64,000 bases of DNA from Eledone cirrhosa. Its lineage: Eukaryota. Position numbers and translations under genes: made by a program. Below are positions 1 through 14,510 of the stretch, in pieces. Each line of letters starts with the position of its first letter. Position 1 is the stretch's first letter. The DNA is taken from assembly GCA_964016885.1 (NCBI GenBank), contig OZ024741.1:251348001-251412000 (forward strand), in the 5' to 3' direction. The notes under the pieces are model-generated. The model searched no databases and was not told where the DNA came from. It saw nothing but the letters and a program-made list of their open reading frames with translations.

Positions 1-99
1 TACTATATTTTATGGACCAGAAGGATCAAAGGTAAAACTGGTCACATCCTCAGTATCAAGGTCTAGTTTAACATCTTCTTTACCTATCACAAGCATTGG

Positions 100-305
100 A
101 CCTTTTGGTAGCCTCTTTCAAAGCATCTCTCCAGAGTGTTCATTTCAGGGATAAGTTTCGGTCTAGGTTGTAGGCTTTCAGATCATCCCTCATTACCTCT
201 TCCCAGGTCTTACGAGGGTGCCACCTTCCTTATCTACCAGGGGGCACAATTTTAGTACTTTGATGTATCTACCTCACACTATGGTCCACATGTCCAAACC
301 AACCA
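100..305 (-). mobile_element. RTE-clade LINE 3' fragment (degenerate)
   Basis: Minus-strand translation gives WFGHV...HPRKTWEEVMRDDLK, the typical RTE ORF C-terminus. Confidence 0.65.
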
Positions 306-711
306 CAAATTTACCACAGCTCAGCTATACAACAGAGCAAATAAAAAATTATTATTATTATAATTACTAGTCACTTAATCATCATCATCATCATAATATT
401 CACCCATATTACAAACTATAATATTGATGAAATAGTGTTAGTAGTGGTGTTGATGGTGTGTGATAGTAGATTGGTTTGTGGTAGTCATGTTTAGTGTGGT
501 AAAATTTGATTCAAAATTTGAGACATGATTCTCTCTTAATTCCTATATATGCATAAGCACAATCACACACATACACACATAATATACATATGCATATTTA
601 TAAACACACAATATGTATGTGTATATATATATATATATATATATCAGATTTAGTAGTGTGATGGCAATTATCAAAAAATCAATTAGTGTTATCAAATTAA
701 TTAATTAAAAA

Positions 712-787
<76 letters not shown>

Positions 788-898
788 ATTTACTCATATA
801 TACATATATATATAGATATATATAGATATATATACATATATACATATAAATATATATATATATTTACACATAATTATATATATATATATATATATAAT

Positions 899-929
<31 letters not shown>

Positions 930-975
930 ACATATATATATATATACATATATATACATGGAGGATAGATGTTAA

Positions 976-1007
<32 letters not shown>

Positions 1008-1217
1008 ATATATATGTGTGGTGAAGGAGGTAATTGCCCATTTCTGTATTTGTTTATGTCCTGTAACATAGCAGTTTGACAAAATAAGATCGATAAATTA
1101 AGCATTGGTGTTGATATCATCAACTAAATCCCTCAAGGGGTGCCCTTGCATGATTGCAGCCTAATGATTGAAGCCAGTAAAGAGTAACTCTATATTATGT
1201 ATATATATATATATATA

Positions 1218-1385
1218 TAACGGAGGAAATGTGGTAAGGAACCAGGTGGACCATAACGCACCAAAGTACTCAATACTTAGGGTAGTAGAGTGGGTAATAG
1301 GAACGAGTAGGACCCCGACGGCTGAGTCCAGAATTAGCCGTCGAAACGGCTTGAGCTCAGCCGTCGGGGTCCTACTCGTTCCTAT
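1218..1385. mobile_element. Fold-back Penelope-type mini-element, family B, in (TA)n; 3' half of a hammerhead
   Basis: Perfect 30-bp inverted arms 1297-1326/1356-1385 plus a one-sided tail. Contains GAAAC-GGCT-TGAGCTC-AGCC-GTC (stem III, GUC site). Homologous to 40836, 59924 and 62498. Confidence 0.7.
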
Positions 1386-1404
1386 ATATATATATCTTTA
1401 ATTT

Positions 1405-1500
1405 ATATAGAAATGACATCAACAGGTCTAGAACTGTTTCATTCGTATGAAATCATGAAGACTGACTATTTTCTGTTACACATCGAGAATCCACTCATGA
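1405..1500 (-). mobile_element. Degenerate family-A hammerhead/pLTR fragment
   Basis: Minus strand reads ...catgatttcatacgaatGAAACagttctagacctgt..., matching 40501-40692 and 48001-48182. The CTGATGA core is mutated. Confidence 0.55.
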
Positions 1501-1555
1501 TATATACACACACATACATACATATATACACACACATAACCATATATATATATAT

Positions 1556-1794
1556 ATAAATTAATAAAAATAATGAATAAAAACAAAGAAACAGTTCCTT
1601 ATATTAAAAATTTTTTTAATATAAGGAACTGTTGCTTTGTTTTTATTCATTATTTTTATTAATTTATCTTGACTCTGTTTTCCTGTGTTTTTCATCGAAA
1701 AAATTTTGAATACATCTTCTCTTTTCATGATATTTGGATTACATTGAGTTCTTCATACGGATTGGACACTACCGTATATTTTGGTAGATTTATC

Positions 1795-1797
<3 letters not shown>
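1556..1797 (+). mobile_element. Fold-back island (about 55-bp arms + tail) in (TA)n
   Basis: Near-perfect palindrome 1556-1667, tail to about 1797, TA tracts on both sides. Confidence 0.6.
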
Positions 1798-1854
<57 letters not shown>

Positions 1855-1943
1855 TCCAGCAATCCGTTTAAAGCCCATACATACTGTTTGAATACATAAT
1901 TTACCAAAATGGACTTATACAACCATCAGTAATAATAGAAACT

Positions 1944-1996
<53 letters not shown>

Positions 1997-2021
1997 GCTG
2001 CTGCTGCTGCTGCTGCTGCTA

Positions 2022-2056
<35 letters not shown>

Positions 2057-3128
2057 CCTAATGCTGTACTTGTCATTCTTATTGTTCCATTAGAAACATG
2101 AAATTATTGAGACTTTCTGATATCATTTCACTCCTTCTTTGAACTACAGATGAAGGTGGAAGAGTAAGGAGAGGAGAGTAAGGGGAGAGGTGGGTGAAAT
2201 AGTAAGAACTGGGAGAGAAGGAAGAAGTGCGGGAAAGAGAAACGAATGAATCTTTGGGATAAGGAAGAAAACGATAAAAAGATGAGGAGAGAGAGAGAGA
2301 GAGTTGAGAGAGAGAGAGAGAAACAGTGAGAGAGATAGTTGAGAGAGAGAGAGAGAGATGTAAAGAAATGAATGAAAGAAGAAGAAAGTAGAGGAAGGAG
2401 ATGGACAAGTGAATGAGGAGAGCAATGGAAGAAGCAGAAGAGAAGGAGAGTATTCTATTTTTAGCCAGCATCTAATGGAGAAAGACAAGGAATGAGAGAG
2501 GAAGGGGTGTGGGAGAGCTGAGATGGAGTGGAGAGAAAGTAGGGCAGATGTGGATACTATGATGATGATGATGGTGGTGGTGGTGATGGTGGTGGTGAGG
2601 GTGGTGATGATAGTGGTGGTGGTAGTGATGGTAGTGGCGATTGTAGTGGTGATGGTGGTGGTGGCGATGGTAGTGGTGATGGTGGTGGTGGCGATTGTAG
2701 TAGTGGTGATGGTGGTGGTGGCGATGGTAGTGGTGATGGAAATGATGATGATGATGATGATGGTGATGGTGATAATGGTGGTGGTGGTGATGATGGTAGT
2801 GGTGGTGGTTGTGTTTGAGACAGTGTTGATTGTAGAGTCAATGGTGATGGAAATGATGGAAATGATGATGCTGATGATGATGGAGGTAGTGGTGGTGGTG
2901 GTGGTGGTGGTGGTGTTGTTGGTGGTGGGGAGCAGGGCTGTTACTGTGCCGGCAGCAGTAGGAATGGAGAAGAAAGGGTTTGGTACAGTCCAGTGGACAA
3001 GCCGGGGAGGTGTATGTGTGTGTGTATGTTTTGTATGTGTGGAGGTGTGTTGGTGTGTTAGTGTGGCAGCAGCAGTGGAGTAGGGGGGGGGGGGATGTTG
3101 TTATCATGTGAGTAAGTAACTGGGTGGA

Positions 3129-3183
<55 letters not shown>

Positions 3184-3358
3184 GTATATATATATATCTA
3201 TACATATATATTATATGAATATATATATGTATACATATATATATACACATAATATATGTATACATATATATACACATATAATATATATATGCATACATAT
3301 ATATGCATATAATATAAATATGTATACATATATACATTAAATGTATATATGTATCTAT

Positions 3359-3588
<230 letters not shown>

Positions 3589-3676
3589 CACTACTGCAGC
3601 CAGTTCCACTGCTGCAGTTGCTGGCACCACCATCACCAACAACATCAATTGCACCACTGTAAGCACCACCACCACC

Positions 3677-3708
<32 letters not shown>

Positions 3709-4193
3709 CAACTACAACAACATAACACCAACATCATCATCATCAGCAGCAGCAGCATGATTAACACCACCATAAACAACATAACCAATACTTTCATTAC
3801 CACCATCATAACCACATTACACTGACACCACCACCACCACCGCCACCGCCGCCATCACCACCGCCACCGCCACTCACAACAACAAACAACATTACACCAA
3901 CACCATCATTGTCATCACCATCACCCTAATCATTATGTTCCTTGCAGTGATCACTATCATTATCATCATAAACATCACATCCCAACCACTATCATCATCA
4001 TCATCATCCTCATCAACACCATCCTCCTCCAAATCATCATCATCATCATCACCCTCATCATCATCATCATCATCATCATCATCACACAACTGCACTACTC
4101 CAAGTAATAATCGAGACCTGTTATCATTTGCAACTAAGCTCAATCCACTCTTGGATTAGGTATGTATATGTGTATGTATGTATGTACATATAA

Positions 4194-4235
<42 letters not shown>

Positions 4236-4312
4236 AAGTATGTATGTGTATGTATGTATATATATATGTATGTACATAAGCATATATATATATATATATA
4301 TGTGTATATATG

Positions 4313-4348
<36 letters not shown>

Positions 4349-4350
<2 letters not shown>

Positions 4351-4931
4351 CGGCGATGAATTAGTTTTGCGAGGTTTTTTATATGAAATCGTGTGTCGAA
4401 ACAGATATTGTTATATTTGGGGAGGGTCATATTTGCGTAATATTGCCAGAATTAATAACAGAACACACTCACTGTTTGGTTGGTTTTCGCTTCTCGCTGT
4501 CTTTTATATATATATATCTGCGATCTAACTTACTCGGTCCTCAATGTTGCCATTGACTGACCGGCGGTCAAAAATAATACAGATACAATATAGACAAACA
4601 CATATATATATAGTTTACATAGAGACTGAACAAAAAAAAAAAATGGCGTAGACATACAACACAACAGGAGGAACAATGAATATAACACCACTGACGATGT
4701 TGCAGATGTGCAACGAAAGATTTATGTAAACTATATATATATGTGTTTGTCTATATTGTATCTGTATTATTTTTGACCGCCGGTCAGTCAATGGCAACAT
4801 TGAGGACCGAGTAAGTTAGATCGCAGATATATATATATAAAAGACAGCGAGAAGCGAAAACCAACCAAACAGTGAGTGTGTTCTGTTATTAATTCTGGCA
4901 ATATTACGCAAATATGACCCTCCCCAAATAT

Positions 4932-4939
<8 letters not shown>
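4349..4939. mobile_element. Fold-back island with about 217-bp inverted arms and a hammerhead-like core in the spacer
   Basis: Arms 4405-4621/4723-4939 are essentially identical. The spacer has CTGACGA-t-GTTGCA-gatg-TGCAAC-GAAA (4691-4718). Flanked by (TA)n. Confidence 0.7.
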
Positions 4940-4990
<51 letters not shown>

Positions 4991-5232
4991 CATACATACA
5001 TACATATACATACATATATATATACACATACATATATATATACACACATATATATATATATACATATATATATATAAATATATATTATATATGTTATATA
5101 CATACATATATATATACATACATACATATACATATATATACATATATATATATACACATACATATATATATATATACATACATACATATATATACATACA
5201 TATATGTATAATATATATTATATACATACATA

Positions 5233-5272
<40 letters not shown>

Positions 5273-5369
5273 CATATATATATATACATACATATATACA
5301 TATATACATACATATATATACACACATATACATACATACACATACATACATATACATACATATATACAT

Positions 5370-5400
<31 letters not shown>

Positions 5401-5477
5401 CATACATATACATACATACATACATACATATATATATATACATACATATATATATACATACATACACATACATACTT

Positions 5478-5509
<32 letters not shown>

Positions 5510-6337
5510 TATGAATGCATATATGCATATATATATGTGCATGTATGAATAAGTATTTGTGGATACTATATATAACTTATTGCATGCCTTTACTGGGAGA
5601 GGAATACATTTTGGTGGGAGGGGTGTGAGGGTGATGGAACTTATTGTTGACATTGTTGTTGTTGTTGTTGTTGTCGTATTTAATCTTGGCCTATGTTAGA
5701 CTCACATTCTGCCTTCACACACATGCACATATACACACATAAACACACTCACACACATACACCAACACACTCTCACACACACACCAACACACTCTCTCAC
5801 ACACACATGCACCAACACACACTCACACACACATATACCAATACACACACACACACACACACACACATATACCAACACACACACACACACACACACACAA
5901 ATACACATAAACATACATACACACACACCAATACTCACACACACACACACTAATACACACCAATACACATACACCAATACTTATACACACACACACCAAT
6001 ACACACACACACGCACACACACACACACATACACACACACTAACACATACATATATTGCAATACATATAAACACACACTGTCACTATGGAACACATGACA
6101 AATTTTGGAGAGATTAAATGGAATGTTTGGCCATATATGTTATGGTTGTTGTTGATCTTGAGGTCCTCCAGACTTCCCCTCCAACCCTCCACCTTAATAG
6201 TTGAAAATGACGTCGGTGGTGGTGGTGGGGGACGACTTACAATACTGCTAAATGTGTTTGATATTATTGATCAATATGATGATGATGACAATGATGATGA
6301 TGATGAGGACGAGGAGTGTGATCATGATTATAATTAT

Positions 6338-6505
6338 GATTGTTTCTACGTTAGGCACAAGGCCAGCAATTACCCCAGTGCATTACTGGTACTTTATTTT
6401 ATCGATCCCGTAAGGATGAAAGGCAAAGTTAACCTCGGCGGGATTTGAACTCAGAATGGCAAGGGCCGTAACTCTATGCGTCAAAGCACCGATACTGCCA
6501 ATCCG
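6338..6505 (-). mobile_element. tRNA-derived SINE, family 1
   Basis: B-box-like GAGTTCAAATCCC and core TTTGCCTTTCATCCTTACGGG-TCGATAAAATAAAGTACCAG. More than 15 related copies in the window. Confidence 0.8.
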
Positions 6506-6619
6506 AGAACTTATAATTATTGTTGTTGCTCCAGTAATTGTCATTATTGCTGTTGCTGATAAGTACATACATGCTTGTATATATATATATGTATATAAAT
6601 GTATATATATATATATATA

Positions 6620-7190
6620 CAGGGGTTGGACAAAATAATGGAAACACCTAGCATCATAGCATCATAATTTTGAAATATCTATAAAACCGTCAAAAGCTTG
6701 TTTATTTTTATGTTTTTTTTATTTATTATTAGTGTTGCTTAATATGTTTTGTTAAAATTCCTGTTTCTTTTCACATATCATCAGAAAAAGGTAATTAAAA
6801 TTCATTAAAATGACAGATCTATCGGACTTTCAAAGAGGTCAAATTGTTGGTGCTTGTATGGCAAGCACTAGCATAACGACAACAGCTGAAATGTTTGGTG
6901 TATCAAGAAGTACTGTCTCGAAAGTAATGACAGCCTTTGAGAAAGAGGGGAAAAAAACCTCCTCGTCGAAACAAAACTCCGGAAGAAAACCAAAACTTTC
7001 AGATAGGGACCGTCGGACTCTTATGCGAATTGTTAGAAAGGATCACAAAAGTACAGCTCCCAAAATTGCTGCAGAGCTTAATGACCACCTCGAGAACAAT
7101 AAAAATAAACAGGCTTTTGACGGTTTTATAGATATTTCAAAATTATGATGCTATGATGCTAGGTGTTTCCATTATTTTGTCCAACCCCTG
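6620..7190 (+). mobile_element. Internally deleted Tc1/mariner DNA transposon
   Basis: About 90-bp TIRs starting CAGGGGTTGGACAAAATAATGG, TA on both sides. Internal ORF 6810.. encodes a Tc1 paired-like HTH. Confidence 0.92.
6810..7148 (+). pseudogene. Truncated Tc1 transposase (N-terminal DNA-binding HTH only, no DDE domain)
   Basis: DLSDFQRGQIVG...TAEMFGVSRSTVSKV...SGRKPKLSDRDRRTLMRIVRKD is a typical Tc1 N-terminus; it runs into the right TIR. Confidence 0.85.
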
Positions 7191-7673
7191 TATATATATA
7201 TATATATATATATATACATGTGTGTGTGTTTGATTTTTTTTATCCTATTGTTACAAAATTCAACACACCAACACACTATGGGCCTACAATACAGGCTCCA
7301 CATATCAAAAAGAATATAGTATATACTAAGTAATGCTAATAACAATAATAATAATAATAACAATAATAATAACAATAATAATAATAACAATAATAATAAT
7401 AATAATAATAATAGTAATAATAATAACAACAATAACGACGATGATAGTGATAGTGATGGATGTGAAAGAAATTGAAACAAAATTGTAATAAAAAAAAAAG
7501 AAAATAAACTACAAAACAGAAAGCAATAACTGAAAGAAGACTTACATGCATGCACACACATACATACATAATATACATACTCACATACATACACACACAC
7601 AACATACATACACACATACACAACATACACACATGCATAAAAATATATACACGCACACAACATACACACACAT

Positions 7674-7706
<33 letters not shown>

Positions 7707-7707
7707 A

Positions 7708-7871
<164 letters not shown>

Positions 7872-7969
7872 TTAAACTCAGTCACACTTGAATTAATGAA
7901 AAAAACAAGTTCTATATAATATTAGTTGAAGACAAAATGGCGACAATCGTGTGTCTGTGTATGAATGTG

Positions 7970-8001
<32 letters not shown>

Positions 8002-8045
8002 AGTGTGTGTATGTGTATATATATATATATATATTTGTGTGTGTG

Positions 8046-8091
<46 letters not shown>

Positions 8092-8115
8092 CATATATAT
8101 ATGTATACATACATA

Positions 8116-8184
<69 letters not shown>

Positions 8185-8781
8185 TTATATATATATATAT
8201 ATATACATATATATATGTGTGTGTGTGTCTATGTATGCATATGTATATATGATGATGATGATGATATATGTGTGCGTGTGTGTGAATATTTTTTACTGAA
8301 CGATACAGTATAAAAGAAGGTGAACCTCAACACATGCACACACATGCACACACACACTCACACACACACACACACACACACACTCATATACACCCAGCTG
8401 TTTGCTAGGGACCAAGTCCTTCCCAGCCCCCATTCCCTTATCCCTCATGAAATTACTCAAGGATGATACAGTAGAATTATGGCAATAGGAATGTATGTTA
8501 ATGTGTGTATGTGTGTGAGTGTGAGGGTGAGAGCGGATGTGTGTGAGTGTGAGGGTGAGAGTTCAATGTCAGAGTGAGAGAGAGAGAGAGAGATGTGTCA
8601 ACTTTGACATAATGAGAAGTCTTAGAGAGTAACATTGACAGAAGGAAAGAGAGTGAGGTCAATAGTGACATAGAGAGAGAGTGTGAGAGGTCAATATTAA
8701 CAGAGAGAGAGATAGAGAGAGAAAGATAGGTCAATGCTGACAGAGAGCGAAAGATAGATCAATATTAAGAGAGAGAGAGAA

Positions 8782-8826
<45 letters not shown>

Positions 8827-8956
8827 TCTGTGTTCAATATTGACAGAGAGAGTGAGAGCGTTTAATAAAAGCAATGACAGAGAGAGAGAGAGAGAGAGAG
8901 AGTGTGTCTGTGTTCAATATTGACAGAGAGAGTGAGAGCGTTTAATAAAAGCAATG

Positions 8957-9025
<69 letters not shown>

Positions 9026-9354
9026 ATGTGAAATAAGAATATATGTGAAATAAGAATATAAGTGAAATGATAGAGGTAAAAAGACAGATTGATGGTGGGG
9101 GAGTGGGGTATATTGAGAGAGAGAGTGGAAGGGAGTTACTGGGAATAGGCCTAGGACCAGGGAATGGGAGCACAACTTTAAAAAAAAAAATACATGGTGG
9201 CTTATTTTCTTCCTCTTCTTGTTGATGTTGTTCTCTTCATTCTTCCTTTCTAGTGGCTGTGTGTGTTTGTGTGTGTGTGTGAGTGTGAGTGAGTGTGTTG
9301 GTTGTTGTTGCTGTTGTGGCATTCATGCATGTTATTGGACCTCTGATGGTCACT

Positions 9355-9620
9355 ATAAGTGTTCCAGTTATTCGAACAATGGAACAAACAGCCTACTCGT
9401 GAAATTAATGTGCAAGTGGCTGAGCATTCCACAGACACGTGTAGCCTAAAAGAAATTCTCAGGTAGATTCAGCATGACTGTGTGGGATTTACAACTCATT
9501 TTTGCCAGCTGAGTGAACTGGAGCGATGTAAAGTGAAGTGTCATACGCCAGTGGAAATCAAACTCAAGTCTTTATAATCGGCAGACAAACTTCCTAACCA
9601 CTAAGCCGCATGCCTTCACA
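9355..9620 (-). mobile_element. tRNA-derived SINE, family 3 (degenerate)
   Basis: Homologous to 24695-25010 (gaaattaatgtgcaagtggctgagcattccacagacacgtgt). Confidence 0.65.
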
Positions 9621-11203
9621 ATTGATCCATGTAATGACACATACACATATACTCACAATGCCCTCTCTATCTCTCTTTTTCTCTTTCTTAATCTGGTGGT
9701 TAAATGGTCAATTGTTTCAGACCTTTAAATTCTAATGGAGTCATAGGGGTGCCATTATAATAAACACCATATCTTGGGCATTTTAAACTTGGCAGAGCTC
9801 ATCTCTCTCCAGGTGGGAGTATAGCTGAGTCCTGAGAGAGAATAAAAGGAGAGAGATAAAGAAGAAGAGTCAATCACAATATTAAATTGCTACTTATTTA
9901 GTGACCTTGAAAGGTCGAAAGGCAAAGTTGATCTCAAGTCAATTGTTCAATATTTTGAATTCATTACCAAAATACAGACCTTGTCTCTTGCAAGCTTGAC
10001 CAGAGAGAAAGAGCTCCTATTTGTAGCCTCTCTACTCTTTGTAGCCTCTTGAAGCACTGCCACTATCACCACTTCAACCATCCCTCCCCACCTTCACTAT
10101 CACCACTAGTAGCACAACTATATCAACTACCATTGCCACCAACACCAATACTATATAGCTCAGAATCATCAGACATATATCATCAAAGATGTTCCAACCA
10201 TTACTATTCCTGCCACAATTGTGCATTCAGGACCACATTATCCAATGTTTCCTTCCTCCTTTATTAAGTAAGACAAGGAAGATTTGGCTGTTGTTTCTAA
10301 CATGTCAAGTAAACCACATTGGAGGCTCTATCAACAGAGTGTGACCTGTGGCTTAAGCAACAACAACAATACCACCACCAACACTACTACCGCCGCCACT
10401 ACCACCAACACCAGCACTAACACTACTACCTCAACCGCCACCGTCGCCATGACCTCTGCTACCATTACCACCACCACCACCACCACCACCAACACCACCA
10501 CTACTACCAACACCAACACCACCACCACCACCGCTGTAAAAAAATAATAGAGAAAACAAAGGGAAAAACAAAATGGCGATGTTGTTTTGGTATATATATA
10601 TTTTTTTGCTCTCCATCTGTTGAGGTTTATAATGTGTTATGGACACAAAACAAATAAAATTAACAACAAAAAATACAACAAAGAGGTAACAAAAATCAGT
10701 GAATGTGTGTGTGGGTGTGGATGGGTGTGTGGGTGTGTAGGGGGAAGAGGAGAAATAGGCAGGTAAAAAAAAGAGGTTTCGTGGGGGTGTTAGTGTAGCA
10801 TGTGCGAGGGGGAAGTAAGTAAGATGATGAAATAGGGAAAGTGAGGTTGTACATGAACGAATGAATGGTTGGATGGATGGATGGATGGATGGATGGATGG
10901 ATGGATGGATGGATGGATGGATGAATAAAGGGGGGAAGAGGGCAGTGTTAGAATGGTGGGGTTTGTATGGTATAAAGGAGAAACAAGGGGGTTAGTTATT
11001 GCTCTAGAACTAATCTTTACTATTGAAACAGACTAGTATTTATACATACATATACATATATATATCTATATATATCTATACACATATACATTTTATATGT
11101 ATATATATGTATATATACATACATACATATATACATATATATGTAAATATATACATACATACATATATACATATATATGTAAACATGAATATATATATAC
11201 ATA

Positions 11204-11317
<114 letters not shown>

Positions 11318-12039
11318 TATACTACACCAAGTCGGGATATTCCTGAAGATACAAACTTTGGAAAATGTTTTCTTTTTCCTTTATCTATGCTGCTTTTTTT
11401 TCCTTCCAACTTTTTTTTAGGAATTTTTGATTAGCCCTTTTTCTTTTGACGGGGTTGTAATCAAAGACTGAGGAACCATAGGGGTTTGAAACCTTGAAGC
11501 TAGTCTTGAAATAATAATATAACCCTTCTGGATGCTGTTCATCTTTCTTATTAATAAGGGCAGGAAATAATATCACATTTAGACAACAGCAACAAAAAAA
11601 AACAACATCAACAATGATGATAATAATAATAGTAATAATAGTAATAATAATAATAATGATAATAATAATAATATTGATATTAATAATAACATAACCAAGT
11701 TATAAACAATATCACATGAGTGATAACTCCTTGGTGATGAATGACTTCTTCATAAAATCACTCAGGTATGACTTGTAAATGTTGTTACAAGATTTTGTAA
11801 AACAAGGAGTTGAAATGTTGAGCATTTTATCAACAATTGGGTCCCTGGTGGGGGGGAGGGGGTTATTTGTGTTGCCAAAGAGGTTTTTGAGGTCAATAGG
11901 AATCCTACATTTTGCAACATGGGTATATAGTAGGGTGGATAGGAAGCTTGCAGTTTGAAACAGTTTCATTATTGTAACAAAATAAAACACCCTGCAAACC
12001 CAACAAACTTGAACTTTTGGAAACAGCAATCACTGTATC

Positions 12040-12640
12040 GTGCATTATCAAGGGTTTGTAGTAATTAATAAAACAATTCATTTAACCCAGGGAGTATTCC
12101 CAAGGGTAAATAAAACAACATAAACTTTCAGGATTCATTGTAAAACAACTTATGCTCACAACGGTTTATTTTAAAACAACGTATGTACCCAAGGGTTTAT
12201 TTTAAAACATTTAGTGTTCCCAAGGGTTGCTGTAAAACAATTCATATATCCCTATGGGTTAATACAAACAACTAATGTTCCCAAGGGTTAATTTTAAAAC
12301 AACTTATGTTCCCAAGGGTCTACTTTAAAACAACTTATATCCCTATGGGTTAATTATATAAAATCATTTATGTTTACAGGGGTTTCTTTTAAACAACATA
12401 TATAATCCCAAGGGTTTATTGTAAAACAACTCATATCTCTATGGGCTGATTATATAAAACAAGTAATTATCTTCCCAAGGGTTAATTATATAAAACAACT
12501 TATGTTTCCTAGAGTTTGTGGTAAAACAACCTAGGTACCTATGGGGTTAATTACATTGAACATGTTATGTTCCCAAGGGGGTTATAAAAGAATTTCATAA
12601 AGGTTCATGGCACAGTAATGTGTGTTCCCAAGGATTTGGG
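12040..12640. repeat. Degenerate ~30-bp minisatellite (aaaacaacttatgttcccaagggtt...)
   Basis: Motif recurs about every 30 bp. Confidence 0.8.
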
Positions 12641-13709
12641 AATATATATAAAAAAAAATGTGGCAGGGGTGAGGGAGATGTGTGGATGAATAATGGTGGG
12701 TGGTCATGTTAGGGGAGGGCCTTATAGTTGAATGTCAGGGTATTTTGTTGTTTTCTGATGGGAGTGGGGTGTTTAACAGGATTTGCAGACAGAGCCTTAT
12801 TTTTTCGAAGTCCTTGTCGGAAGCTGAAAAAAAAGAGAAAAACGTTAAGAAGTCCTCCATTGAAAATACTGTTTTCAAGTGAAGAAAACTCCATACTACC
12901 CCATGGATACCATGTCACACCTTAGCATGGCATACCATATCACACTAGAGTGTATTGCGCTAGAGAGCAAACAATCGCATATCATATCATACCATGCCAT
13001 ACCATACAATATCCTGTTGCATGATAACATGTTATACTGTATCATATTACATCATGGCATACCATGGCATACATACTTTATCTAGTAATACACATCTACA
13101 TTCCTTTACAAAAGTAGCGTTTCTCTCTCCCTCTTTCTCTCTCTCTCTCTCACTTACTCTCTCTCATTCACTCTCTCACTCTCTCACTTACTCTCTCTCA
13201 TTCACTCTCTCACAAACATACCACACAAATACGTAACATATAAACACATCAGCAAAGGAAATCTAAAGGTATCTCCATTAATTACATCTATGAGTATTCT
13301 AATTGTTTGATCAAATGTTTGATTCATTGATTTATAGTGTAAGTGACTGAGTATTGAACAGACACGTGTACCCTTAACATAATTCTCAGGTAGAATTACA
13401 GGTACAGTCTAGCTATATATCTATCTATATATATATGTATAAATAAAGAAACATATCTATATACATATATGTATATGTAACTGCCTACTTATTGAATCAT
13501 ATAGTGTAAGTGCCTGTGTTCTTCTCAGATACTTGTACCCTTGATTGTAATTCTCAAATACTCAGGCAGAAGCAATGACACAGTGTAACAAAGCTAGTTC
13601 TTTAAATTACAGAAAGAGTTTATCTGACAGGCTTACACTGTGCCCATCTACTCAATTTCATTCACAAGGCTTTGGTTCACCTGTACCTATAAGACAAGAT
13701 ACATGTCCA

Positions 13710-14510
13710 AGTTGCCACTCCAAACACACCCAACTCTAATTAGGAATCTAGTAGCAAATATAAGCAGAAACATCTTCAATATATCCTCCAATGGGGAAAT
13801 ATTTAATAGAGCAACACACCACTAAAACCACCTTTTAGTCTGAAATGGATTTAGTGAGAAGTTAGCTCATATCAAGAAGTTAGCTCATACCCCCAACCTA
13901 AGGAGAATCAAGAATTGCAAAGTAACCCGGTTTAATCCACCACGTGATTTAAACATCCCTACAAATATTGCTAGGAATTTTCTATCATTGGTAAGGTGAA
14001 ACTTTCCAGCTACACACAAATACCACAAATGATTCACTGCACATAATGCTAAGATTAGCTATTCATGCTTGGTTAATATCGTTTCCAGCATTACACACTA
14101 CAACCAAAAACACACTTCTGCACAGCTTCCACCTCAGCAACCCACCTGCAATTGCTGAAATTGAGCCACTTGTCAGTCAAGAAGATTTTGTCTTTCCAAG
14201 GTGGTGGTATACAGAGCTTCTCATACTCCACCAGATGGTATCCAGATGAACTATACAAGACTTGCTGCCAATGACTTCAAAGAATGGTATAATCAACATT
14301 TGATCTCTTTCAGGTCTAGGAACATGGTAAAATCCATTTCACTTTCCTGTTTCATTGGGAAGCTTGGAGACAAAGGACATGACTGCCCTACTATAACTTG
14401 GTGCATTGTCAGGTGGCCCTTCCATACTTCAGTCGATTATGTAAATGTAGACTCTGCCTGTCTGAAGATTACATATCTTGAGGCAGCAGCCTGCAGTATT
14501 CCTTTAAATT
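13710..14510 (+). mobile_element. Decayed Penelope-like element (RT thumb/linker + GIY-YIG endonuclease)
   Basis: Across stops and frameshifts: ISSNGEIFNRA...RFNPP...TNIARNFLSL...KISYSC...VVYRA...NDFKEWYNQHLISFR...LS...ITWCIV, the characteristic PLE C-terminal motifs. Confidence 0.8.
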
